DNA of 64,000 nucleotides, taken from Candidatus Neptunichlamydia sp. (GTDB lineage Bacteria > Chlamydiota > Chlamydiia > Chlamydiales > Simkaniaceae). How positions within the stretch are numbered: the stretch's first letter is position 1; each line of letters starts with the position of its first letter. Position numbers and translations under genes: made by a program. This document shows, piece by piece, positions 52,105 to 62,833 of the stretch. Where the stretch lies: assembly GCA_965233865.1 (NCBI GenBank), contig OZ247587.1, forward strand, positions 1,056,001 to 1,120,000, written 5' to 3'. The notes beneath the pieces were generated by a model. That model searched no databases and was not told where the DNA came from. It worked only from the letters and a program-made list of their open reading frames with translations.

Positions 52105-52509
52105 ATGGTGCGGCAAACTGTAGCTTTATTTGGAGAGGCAGAAAAGGGAGAAATAGGTTCTCCTCTTTTGATGAAAACTCTCCCCCATCTTAACGATACG
52201 TTAGGACATCCTCCCAAGGAAAGTCGAGGGATCTTCTTTGCTATTCAGTTTCTTCTCTATGAACAAGACGTCATCTTTATCCGCGTTAAAGAAGAAGGAT
52301 TTAGCACCAAAGATTATCTCAAGGGAATGAAGCACCTCCAAAATAAAAAGCAGATTTCTCATCTCACAGCTCTGTGCCTTCCTGGAGTCGGCGATGCTCG
52401 TATTCTCGATGCAACGCATCCCGTCACAGACGTTCACGAGGCCCTCATCATTACAACAGAGCAAGACCTCTACGATTATCTCACCTCACTTCAATTGCCC
52501 AATATTTAA
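52105..52509 (+). CDS. Conserved chlamydial hypothetical protein
   Basis: VALFGEAEKG, IRVKEEGFS, LPGVG, DLYDYLT; RBS GGAG; convergent with ahpC. Confidence 0.8.
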   Translation: MVRQTVALFGEAEKGEIGSPLLMKTLPHLNDTLGHPPKESRGIFFAIQFLLYEQDVIFIRVKEEGFSTKDYLKGMKHLQNKKQISHLTALCLPGVGDARILDATHPVTDVHEALIITTEQDLYDYLTSLQLPNI

Positions 52510-52619
52510 AGCTTTTGGTAGGCTTTCCTCCAAGCCACTGGAAGTTTTTATGAAAAACGGTTCTGGTCCCAACCTTCGCATATCCGTTCATAGCCTTTTT
52601 TTTCTAAAGAATTAATGTG

Positions 52620-52661
52620 AAGGAAGGTTCAGAACCAACAAAAAGGTTATGAGCCTTCCTT
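52620..52661. terminator. Long hairpin between convergent genes
   Basis: AAGGAAGGTTCAGAACC / GGTTATGAGCCTTCCTT, inverted match 15/17. Confidence 0.6.
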
Positions 52662-52672
52662 GGAAAAGATAA

Positions 52673-53257
52673 TTAGTTAAAATAAGTGGTGAGGCCGTCT
52701 TGAGTCGGCTTCATTGACTTTTCTCCTTTTTTCCAGTTCGCAGGGCACACTTCACCGTTCTCTTCATGTAAAATAAGCGCATCAAGGATTCGAATTGCCT
52801 CGTCGACAGAGCGTCCAAGTGGCAGATCGTTCACAAGTTGATGACGGATTACCCCTTCTTTGTCGATCAAGAAAAGTCCACGGAACGCAACGCCAGCTTC
52901 TTCGTTAAGCACATGGTAATCGCGAGCAATATTTTTGTTTAAATCAGCAACAAGAGGGTAGGTGACTCCTTCGATTCCACCTTTTTCCTTAGGGGTGTTG
53001 ACCCATGCTAAGTGGCAAAACGCGCTATCAACTGAGCATCCAATTACTTGAGCGCCACGCGCTTCAAACTCTCCAAGCTTCTCTTGAAATGCATGCAATT
53101 CTGTGGGGCATACAAAGGTGAAGTCTAGAGGATAGAAAAAGAAAATAACGTACTTCCCATTAAATAAATCAAAGGAGAAATTATCGTTAATTTTTCCTTT
53201 TACAACGGCCTCAGCTTTGAAGTTCGGGGCTTTTTTTCCAATAAGTAAACTGTTCAT
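52673..53257 (-). CDS. ahpC: 2-Cys peroxiredoxin
   Basis: FYPLDFTFVCPTE, GEVCPANW; ATG 53257 with AGGAG RBS. Confidence 0.96.
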   Translation of the reverse strand: MNSLLIGKKAPNFKAEAVVKGKINDNFSFDLFNGKYVIFFFYPLDFTFVCPTELHAFQEKLGEFEARGAQVIGCSVDSAFCHLAWVNTPKEKGGIEGVTYPLVADLNKNIARDYHVLNEEAGVAFRGLFLIDKEGVIRHQLVNDLPLGRSVDEAIRILDALILHEENGEVCPANWKKGEKSMKPTQDGLTTYFN

Positions 53258-53288
53258 AGTATCTCCTGGTGTTTGTGAGGAGTATACC

Positions 53289-53918
53289 CTAACTGAAGAT
53301 TTCGCGCGCGCGCGGAAGCCAATTTTCATCCCCAATTGTAGTAGAAGGGCCATGCCCAGAATAGACCACCGTGTCATGGGGAAGCTTTTCTAGCTTTTCA
53401 AGAGAATGCCACATATCAGAGCGACTCGCTGTTGCAAGGGACAGGTTTCCTATTGAACCCTTGAATAGAGTGTCTCCGGCAAATAAAATTTTTTCTTTTT
53501 CAAGATAAAAGCAAACACCTCCAGGGGTATGACCCGGGGTTTCAATCACCTTCAGATCGAGGTGGCCTACAGAAATGACTTGCCCTTCTTTGAGTTCAAA
53601 CTCAGGCTCGACTCCTTCAATTTCCATCATCAAAGGAACTCCGTCAGATCCTGGAGATATCACGTTATTGCGGTCATTTTTGTGAACATAAACAGGAATT
53701 CCAAAGCTTTTTTTGATTTTCTTAAGATCTCCAATATGATCCCAGTGCGAATGCGTTAATAAAACAGCCACCACCACAATTCCACCTGCCGCTTGAGTAA
53801 GAGATTCAGAACTTCCCGGTGCAGGATCGATAAAAATGCCTTTGCTCGTTTCAGAACACGACAAAAGATAAGCGTTGGTTTTAAAAAGACCTGAAGGAAA
53901 ACATTGAACTTGGGACAT
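53289..53918 (-). CDS. MBL-fold metallo-hydrolase (glyoxalase II-like)
   Basis: THSHWDH, TPGHTPG, AGDTLF, GHG. Confidence 0.93.
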   Translation of the reverse strand: MSQVQCFPSGLFKTNAYLLSCSETSKGIFIDPAPGSSESLTQAAGGIVVVAVLLTHSHWDHIGDLKKIKKSFGIPVYVHKNDRNNVISPGSDGVPLMMEIEGVEPEFELKEGQVISVGHLDLKVIETPGHTPGGVCFYLEKEKILFAGDTLFKGSIGNLSLATASRSDMWHSLEKLEKLPHDTVVYSGHGPSTTIGDENWLPRAREIFS

Positions 53919-53941
53919 GCTGATGCCTAACTGAACCTTAA

Positions 53942-54018
53942 TGGTGCACCGGAGAGGACTCGAACCTCTAACCTCCTGGTCCGTAGCCAGGTACTCTATC
54001 CAATTGAGCTACCGGTGC
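53942..54018 (-). tRNA. tRNA-Arg(ACG)
   Basis: GCACCGG acceptor stem, CCTGG-CTACGGA-CCAGG anticodon arm, GGTTCGAGTCC T-arm, encoded CCA. Confidence 0.97.
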
Positions 54019-54236
54019 AGAGTCAGTCCATTTTGCAGGAGAAACACTTTTCTCGCAAGAAAAAATCGTTTCTCCCTAAGCCTTGTTTATTGGATATTCC
54101 GTTACAATCTTGTCCTTCCTCCTCAAGGATGAATCCCGCTGGTGCCGATCTATTCTGAATAAATTGAGGATTGATGCCAATTCAAGGGTTTTCTAGCGCT
54201 TATTTTATTACCACTTCTAGTATAATCCACCCTATT

Positions 54237-54806
54237 ATGATCGATTGGAACGCGCAGTGGGAGCTTCATGCTCCAAATTTTTTGAATGGTTTTGCCCACG
54301 TCTCCCTTAAGGACTTTGGCGGATCAGATGCGCGCTTTAAAATGGCCCCCGGTCCAGGATTTGGAGACCTTTCTCACCCCACAACTCAAATAGTGCTTAC
54401 CCTCATGCCGCAGATCATAGAAGGGCCTGTCATCGATGTAGGCTGCGGGAGCGGTGTTCTTTCGATTGCTGCGAAACTCTCTGGAGCTCCTGAAGTAATG
54501 GGAATCGATATTAAGAGAGAGGCCATCAAGCATGCTAAACTCAATGCTGCGCTCAATAACCTCGAATGCTCCTTTAGTAAAAAGCTTCTACAAACACCTA
54601 AAAACCCCCTCATCCTTATGAATATGATTTCTTCAGAGCAGTCCATTGCTTGGAATTCTTTCCCCGATTTTCACGGTTCTACCCTGATTGTTTCTGGACT
54701 CCCTGTTGAAGAAGCCGATCCTAGCCATTACGGCAAAATTATTGAAAAACTCGAATTAGATGGATGGAAAGGTTTTGTCATTCACCTATACTCTCACAAC
54801 TGTTAG
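54237..54806 (+). CDS. PrmA-like SAM methyltransferase, short form
   Basis: PGPGFGDLSHPTT, IDVGCGSGVLSIAA, GIDI. Confidence 0.8.
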   Translation: MIDWNAQWELHAPNFLNGFAHVSLKDFGGSDARFKMAPGPGFGDLSHPTTQIVLTLMPQIIEGPVIDVGCGSGVLSIAAKLSGAPEVMGIDIKREAIKHAKLNAALNNLECSFSKKLLQTPKNPLILMNMISSEQSIAWNSFPDFHGSTLIVSGLPVEEADPSHYGKIIEKLELDGWKGFVIHLYSHNC

Positions 54807-54812
54807 AATCTC

Positions 54813-55283
54813 TTGAAAACCTCAGAGAAAAGAATGAAACATCCAGAGTTCAACATTATTGGCATTGAAACAAGAACCACAAATGAAAATGATCAAGCAG
54901 CAGCTGATATAGGCGAGCTGTGGCAAAGTTTTCTTGAAAATCAGGTTCTTGATAAGATTCCAAATAAGGAAAATCTAGAGATCTATAGCGTCTACACAGA
55001 TTATGAAAAGGATCATACAAAGCCTTATACTGTTATTTTGGGATGCAAAGTTGCTAACCTAGATGAAGTTCCCGAAGGGATGGTAGGACGTGTGATCCCA
55101 GCTGGAACGTTTACCCAATTCACCGCAAAGGGAAACCTCTATGAAGGCGCCGTATATACGGAATGGCTTAAAATTTGGAAGACTCCTCTAAATAGAACGT
55201 TTACTGGAGACTACGAAGTGTATGGATTAAAAGCACAAAATCCTGAAAGCGCTGAAGTCGACATTTTTATCGCAATTGAGTAG
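54813..55283 (+). CDS. GyrI-like small-molecule-binding (effector-binding) protein
   Basis: IIGIETRTTN, IGELWQSF, YSVYTDYE, RTFTGDYEVY; start may be ATG 54834. Confidence 0.88.
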   Translation: MKTSEKRMKHPEFNIIGIETRTTNENDQAAADIGELWQSFLENQVLDKIPNKENLEIYSVYTDYEKDHTKPYTVILGCKVANLDEVPEGMVGRVIPAGTFTQFTAKGNLYEGAVYTEWLKIWKTPLNRTFTGDYEVYGLKAQNPESAEVDIFIAIE

Positions 55284-55457
55284 GATGTGTCCCTAAAATC
55301 TACTGTGAAGCAGAGATAAAGACTTGCCAAAATAAAAGCATCCCTCCCGCTAGCTTGATATTTTCTTGTTCTCGAATGGATTCCTAGTGGGCCTTATAAT
55401 AGGAAATTTGCTCGGGAGTCGGTCCTTGCTCATCAAAACACTTCCAAAAAATGCTAG

Positions 55458-55483
55458 AAAAAGAGGGCCAATAGGCCCTCTTT
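55458..55483 (-). terminator. groEL terminator (possibly bidirectional)
   Basis: AAAAAGAGGGCC-aata-GGCCCTCTTT. Confidence 0.85.
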
Positions 55484-55496
55484 AATAGATGAGGAA

Positions 55497-57484
<1,988 letters not shown>

Positions 57485-57522
57485 CGTAATTACGCTCCTA
57501 AAAGATGGGTTTTTTAGTCAGA

Positions 57523-57551
57523 ATCATAGGTTAGCTCCCTCTTTTTGTCAA
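57523..57551 (-). promoter_or_regulatory. sigma66/sigma70 promoter of groESL
   Basis: TTGACA-N17-TATGAT on the minus strand. Confidence 0.85.
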
Positions 57552-57556
57552 CAGAC

Positions 57557-57583
57557 TTGGCACTAAAAATATTTAAGTGCTAG
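57557..57583. promoter_or_regulatory. CIRCE element (HrcA operator)
   Basis: TTGGCACTA-N9-AAGTGCTAG against consensus TTAGCACTC-N9-GAGTGCTAA. Confidence 0.85.
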
Positions 57584-57603
57584 ATAGCGTCATCAGAGAA
57601 CAT

Positions 57604-58848
57604 CTAATATAGAAGATATTTAACACGAGTTTTCTTAAATTGCTCACGCTCATTTTTTTGATACGCAATCATTTTCCAGGCAGCATACTGTTCATTAAGC
57701 ATAAGTCGATAAATCTCATCATTGCCATTAGCAAGACAAAATATATTTTTTTTGCTCCCGTTGACTTTTTCAAGATATCCCTTGGTTTCCTGAGGGTACA
57801 AGCTCTTCAAAATTCCCATTAGCAGATATTGGACGCTAAGGGGTTGATATCGACGTATATTGGTCACCCGAATAAGAACGCCGTGGCAATCCTTTCCCTT
57901 AAGGGATCCGTAAAAGGGACGATAATGGAAAGGAAAAAAGTGGACGCCAGGAAGTCTTTGGCTATTAAGCTTTTCAGCAAAGACCTCTGCATCAATCCAT
58001 GGAGCTCCCACAACTTTAAAAGGGAGAGTATAGCCTACTCCGATATTGACCATTTCCAATTCACCCAGAATCCCGGTTGAGGCATAGAAAAGTGGTGTAT
58101 CTGCCTCAGGAATATGTGGGCTTGTCGGAATCCAGGTCAATCCTGTCTCTTTAAAGGACATGGTACGCTTCCATCCCTTCATAGCAATGACTTTGAGATC
58201 GCATCCAATTTTATACTCTCCATTGAAAAAGGTAGCGAGCTCACCGATGGTCATTCCATGGCAGTAGGGAACATTGACATACCCTATAAAGGAGCGCCAC
58301 TTGGATTCCAACATTCCCCCATCGATAATCAGACCATTAATGGGGTTGGGCCGATCAAAAACAATGACAGGGATTTTTCGCTTCGCCGCTTCTTCCATCA
58401 CATAAAATAGCGTGGTTGCGTAGGTGTATGAACGTACTCCAATATCTTGAATATCATAGATCAAGATGTCAATTTCTTTTAACATCTCTTCTGTTGGACG
58501 TCGCGTTTTCCCATGCAAACTATAGACCTTGAGCTTTCCAGCTTTCCCATCACTGGTGTTTTCTCCAGCATAATCGGTCCCAGACCACCCGTGTTCTGGG
58601 CTGAAGAGAGCCACAATCTTCATTCCTTCCTTTTGAAGAACTTCAATCGTTGGGGTCATCGTCTTATCAACGCCTGTATGATTACTAACAAGTCCTACTC
58701 GCTTTTTTTGCAACCCCTTGCAGTGCCCGTCCTTAAAGAAGACATCAACACCAAGATCTACTGATGCAAAGAGGGGAAGGAAAAAGAAAATAAAAATCAT
58801 TCGCCACATATCAGAAAAGTTTAGATGAAAAATGATTTTTCTTATCAA
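57604..58848 (-). CDS. DUF1343 / exo-beta-N-acetylmuramidase NamZ-like protein
   Basis: VGLVSNHTG, FSPEHG, YSLHG, DIQDIGVRSYTY, DRPNP, HGMTIGELA; probable start 58809 with signal peptide. Confidence 0.9.
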   Translation of the reverse strand: MIRKIIFHLNFSDMWRMIFIFFFLPLFASVDLGVDVFFKDGHCKGLQKKRVGLVSNHTGVDKTMTPTIEVLQKEGMKIVALFSPEHGWSGTDYAGENTSDGKAGKLKVYSLHGKTRRPTEEMLKEIDILIYDIQDIGVRSYTYATTLFYVMEEAAKRKIPVIVFDRPNPINGLIIDGGMLESKWRSFIGYVNVPYCHGMTIGELATFFNGEYKIGCDLKVIAMKGWKRTMSFKETGLTWIPTSPHIPEADTPLFYASTGILGELEMVNIGVGYTLPFKVVGAPWIDAEVFAEKLNSQRLPGVHFFPFHYRPFYGSLKGKDCHGVLIRVTNIRRYQPLSVQYLLMGILKSLYPQETKGYLEKVNGSKKNIFCLANGNDEIYRLMLNEQYAAWKMIAYQKNEREQFKKTRVKYLLY

Positions 58849-58891
58849 GAACAGTTACGGGGGAATACATTTTATAGTGATTAGGTCCTAA

Positions 58892-61800
58892 ATGTCAGAT
58901 AAACAAAATGAATCAAAGCAGATGCATCAAGCGCGCGATCTATTAGGGTCAGTGATGGGATCTCCCATGTCCCTCCAGGACAGGGAGAAAAAATCTATTG
59001 AACTTGCTGCTCTGATTTTATCCGAATCAAACAAGGCACTAACCAAAGAAGAAAAGAAACGGTATGGCGAGCTTCATCGAATGATGAGTGACCCCTTAGG
59101 GAAGGTTTTTCTCACTGCCATGACAGACCAATGTTTTCGATCAAAAAATAACCAACGCATCGCAAACCAAATGGTCTATCTCCTCCATTTTTATGGGATC
59201 CCAAAATTCTTTTCTCCCTTTAAACGATTGCAACTCTATTTCTTTAAGTTGTTTGGAGAAAAACTTGCTAACATCCTTGTTCCCTTGGCAATCTTCACGC
59301 TGCGCAAAGAAACTTCATCGGTCATTATTCCCGGGGAAAAGGGGCCTCTTTCTCGTCATATCAAGAAAAGAAAAGAACAAGGAATCCGTCTTAACCTTAA
59401 CCACCTTGGAGAAGCAATCCTCGGAGAAGAGGAAGCTGTCCGCCGAATGAATATCTATTTAGAGGATTTGAAACATCCCCATATCGATTATGTTTCCATC
59501 AAGATATCAACGATTTATTCTCAACTCAACCTCCTCTCATGGGACCGAACGCTTGACGACATAGAAAAGCGTCTCAAACTACTTTATGTTGCCGCAATGG
59601 AAAATCCAATAACGCTTCCTGATGGAAGAAAAAGTTCGAAGTTCGTCAACCTCGATATGGAAGAATACCGAGATCTTCACTTGACAAAGGATCTATTTAT
59701 AAAAATTCTAAGCGAGCCTGAGTTTCACTCCCTTTCTGCAGGAATCGTATTACAAGCCTACCTTCCAGATAGTTATGAAATTCAAAAGGAGCTCACTCAG
59801 TGGGCAATTAAACGGGTAAAAGATGGGGGCTCACCCATTAAGGTGCGGATTGTAAAAGGGGCCAATATGGCAATGGAACAACATGAAGCATCTCTTAAAG
59901 GATGGTCACAGGCTCCTTATACAAGCAAAGTGAGAACCGATGCGAATTACAAGAAGATGGTAATCTACGCCTGCGAACCTGAAAATGCCCACGCGGTTCA
60001 TATCGGAATCGCTTCTCACAACATCTTTGATATTTCATTTGCCATGATCTTGCGATTAGAAAATCGAGTAGAGCGCGAGATTACGTTTGAAATGCTTGAA
60101 GGAATGGCCGACCATATGAGGAGGGTTGTCCAAACACTTACCGGAGACATGCTCCTCTATTGCGCCGTTGCAACTCGCCAGAATTTCCAAAGCGCCATCG
60201 CTTATCTTATCCGTCGTCTAGATGAAAATACAGGATCAGAGAATTTCCTTGCTCACAGTTTTGGTCTCAAAGCTGGAACAAAAGAATGGAAAACCCAATC
60301 TTCTCTTTTTTCAGAGGCATGCAAATTAAAAGACACGATAGAGAATGAACCTAGAAAAAAGCAAAATCGCCTTGAAGACCCTTCTCACCTCGATCCCAAC
60401 TCTCCATTTGAAAACGAAGCAGACACCGATTTTTCACTCACCCAGAATAGAAAATGGGCTGAAGGAATTATCAAAAAGTGGAAAGGGAAAAAGATTGCAC
60501 CTGTCCCCCTTGTGATCGAAGGGGAAGAGATTTACACTCAAAATGAAGGGAAATCAATCGATCCCTCTCAACCCGATCACCCCTATTATACGTACTCAAA
60601 GGGAGGATGGGAAGAGATCAACCGTGCCCTTAGCTCTGCAAAAAAAGAAGAAAGCAACTGGGCGAACACCCCGACTTTAGAAAGATGCATTCTTCTTTCT
60701 AAAGTCGCACAAGAGCTTAGAAAACAGCGAGCTGATCAATTGGGTTCAATGATTGGAGATGCAGGAAAATCTCTTATTGAAGCAGATGTTGAACTCTCTG
60801 AAGCAATTGACTTTGCTGAATATTACCGCCGTTCAATGAGGCAGTTAACAGCCCTCAAGGATCTTGAATGGACACCGAAAGGAACCATCCTGGTTGCGTC
60901 TCCTTGGAATTTTCCAAAAGCTATTCCTTGCGGAGGAATCCTTGCTGCATTAGCTACAGGAAATTGCGTTCTTTTTAAACCTGCACCTGAGACTGTTTAC
61001 ACAGGCTACGCTCTTGTCAAAGCTCTATGGAAAGCGGGAATTCCAAAAAAAGTCCTTCAGTTTATTAATTGCGACGATGATCCTGTTGGCTCTAAACTCA
61101 TTCAAGATGAGCGGGTGAATGCTGTTATCTTAACAGGAGCAACAAGCACAGGAAAACTATTTATGAAACTCCGCCCCGGGATTGACCTCTATGCAGAAAC
61201 AGGCGGAAAAAATGCTATTATCGTCAGCGCCCTTTCAGACCGAGATCTAGCAATTAAAGAGATTATCCACTCAGCATTTGGGCATAATGGGCAAAAGTGT
61301 AGCGCCGCCTCCTTAGTTATCTTAGAAAAAGAGGTCTACGATGACTCTCACTTCATGGAGCAACTCCGCGATGCCGCTGCAAGCTTAAAAGTTGGGTCTC
61401 CATGGGATCTGTCCAGTAAGATGACACCTTTGATCAATCCCCCAAACAAAGCACTCCAAAGAGGGCTCACCACATTAGAACCTGGAGAATCGTGGCTTCT
61501 TGAGCCCAAACAAAATCCCCACAACCCTCACATGTGGACACCAGGAATCAAACTCGGCGTCAAACGGGGAAATTACACACAAAAAACAGAACTTTTTGGT
61601 CCTGTCCTAGGCCTCATTCGAGCGAACAACTTCGATCAAGCCATTCATATTGCAAACTCCACTCCTTATGGGTTAACTTCGGGGATCCATTCCCTCGACA
61701 AACGAGAACAGCAAAAGTGGCAACGTCTTATCATTGCAGGAAACTGTTACATCAACCGAAGCATTACGGGAGCTATAGTCCGCCGTCAAGCCTTTGGAGG

Positions 61801-62512
61801 GATAAAAAATAGTTGCTTTGGCCACGGATCTAAAGCAGGAGGCCCTAATTACCTCACGCAGTTTATGACTGCGAAACAAGTGGGGATCCCCAAAGAAAAA
61901 TTTCCTGTTGGTGATTGGGTGAACAACCTCACTCGCTTCCTTGAAAAAATTGAACTTTCAGCAGAAGACCTTGGCGTATGGTACGCAAGCATCTCCAGTT
62001 ATGCCTACCATTGGCAACAATTCAAACGAGATAAAGATCAATCTAAGGTGGTTGGTGAGGACAATTATTTCCGCTACCTTCCTCATAAAAAAATGATCTT
62101 CCGCATCACTCCCCAAGATGATCCCCTTGACTATCTCAGAGTATTCGCAGCCGCTTTAACGACAGGAACACACCTTGAGATCAGCTGGGAGAAAAATGAG
62201 GAAGCAAAACAGCGTCATGCAAATTGGGAAGCTCTCCTCCCCATTTTCAACATCCTAGAAGAAGATGAATCTAATTTCATTAATCGCTTAGAACACGGAC
62301 ACATCAAAAGGATCAGAATGCTTCAAAAGCCATCAGTTGCTCTTGAAAAAAAAGCTGCCGAAATCACTTGCTACATTGACCACGGCCCAGCCCTTGCGAA
62401 CGGCCGCGTTGAACTCCTCCATTATCTACGCGAGATGTCTCTCTCCGCTTCCTACCACCGCTACGGAAACCTTGGTCTCCGCGAAGGCGAGCTCCGTCGC
62501 CCCATGCTCTGA
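58892..62512 (+). CDS. putA: Bifunctional proline dehydrogenase / P5C dehydrogenase
   Basis: NLDMEE, VRIVKGAN, IASHN, FEMLEGM, RRLDEN; ALDH motifs ETGGKN, GQKCSA, ELFGP. Confidence 0.96.
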   Translation: MSDKQNESKQMHQARDLLGSVMGSPMSLQDREKKSIELAALILSESNKALTKEEKKRYGELHRMMSDPLGKVFLTAMTDQCFRSKNNQRIANQMVYLLHFYGIPKFFSPFKRLQLYFFKLFGEKLANILVPLAIFTLRKETSSVIIPGEKGPLSRHIKKRKEQGIRLNLNHLGEAILGEEEAVRRMNIYLEDLKHPHIDYVSIKISTIYSQLNLLSWDRTLDDIEKRLKLLYVAAMENPITLPDGRKSSKFVNLDMEEYRDLHLTKDLFIKILSEPEFHSLSAGIVLQAYLPDSYEIQKELTQWAIKRVKDGGSPIKVRIVKGANMAMEQHEASLKGWSQAPYTSKVRTDANYKKMVIYACEPENAHAVHIGIASHNIFDISFAMILRLENRVEREITFEMLEGMADHMRRVVQTLTGDMLLYCAVATRQNFQSAIAYLIRRLDENTGSENFLAHSFGLKAGTKEWKTQSSLFSEACKLKDTIENEPRKKQNRLEDPSHLDPNSPFENEADTDFSLTQNRKWAEGIIKKWKGKKIAPVPLVIEGEEIYTQNEGKSIDPSQPDHPYYTYSKGGWEEINRALSSAKKEESNWANTPTLERCILLSKVAQELRKQRADQLGSMIGDAGKSLIEADVELSEAIDFAEYYRRSMRQLTALKDLEWTPKGTILVASPWNFPKAIPCGGILAALATGNCVLFKPAPETVYTGYALVKALWKAGIPKKVLQFINCDDDPVGSKLIQDERVNAVILTGATSTGKLFMKLRPGIDLYAETGGKNAIIVSALSDRDLAIKEIIHSAFGHNGQKCSAASLVILEKEVYDDSHFMEQLRDAAASLKVGSPWDLSSKMTPLINPPNKALQRGLTTLEPGESWLLEPKQNPHNPHMWTPGIKLGVKRGNYTQKTELFGPVLGLIRANNFDQAIHIANSTPYGLTSGIHSLDKREQQKWQRLIIAGNCYINRSITGAIVRRQAFGGIKNSCFGHGSKAGGPNYLTQFMTAKQVGIPKEKFPVGDWVNNLTRFLEKIELSAEDLGVWYASISSYAYHWQQFKRDKDQSKVVGEDNYFRYLPHKKMIFRITPQDDPLDYLRVFAAALTTGTHLEISWEKNEEAKQRHANWEALLPIFNILEEDESNFINRLEHGHIKRIRMLQKPSVALEKKAAEITCYIDHGPALANGRVELLHYLREMSLSASYHRYGNLGLREGELRRPML

Positions 62513-62833
62513 AGCTTAACAAACTATACAAACTACACCTGTCGCTTCTTTACATTTTTGTTCTAATCAATAAAATTTCTATCTATAAATGCACACTCTA
62601 GACATCCAAGTGGAAGCATTTTTTTTGCTGATCGAATGAAAAAATTCACCACCTAGAGGTCAAGCGAATGACGTTGGCAAAATAGAGATTGAAGCGGAAG
62701 AAATTCATTGGGAAAACATGCCTAGCGCGAAGGGTTATAAGTTCCATGGCTCAGCTGGGAGGCTTTAGGAAAACATTGGAAATTCTGCCTCTTCTTGATT
62801 CGATATATTAGCCGTGTTATCCTAACTCTCATT

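Noticed and set aside
53258..53377. 40-aa N-terminal extension on AhpC
   Set aside because: Overlaps the MBL gene; a good RBS precedes ATG 53257
62513..62833. putA-uvrD intergenic region with a short open frame
   Set aside because: No recognisable homology, repeat or stable structure seen
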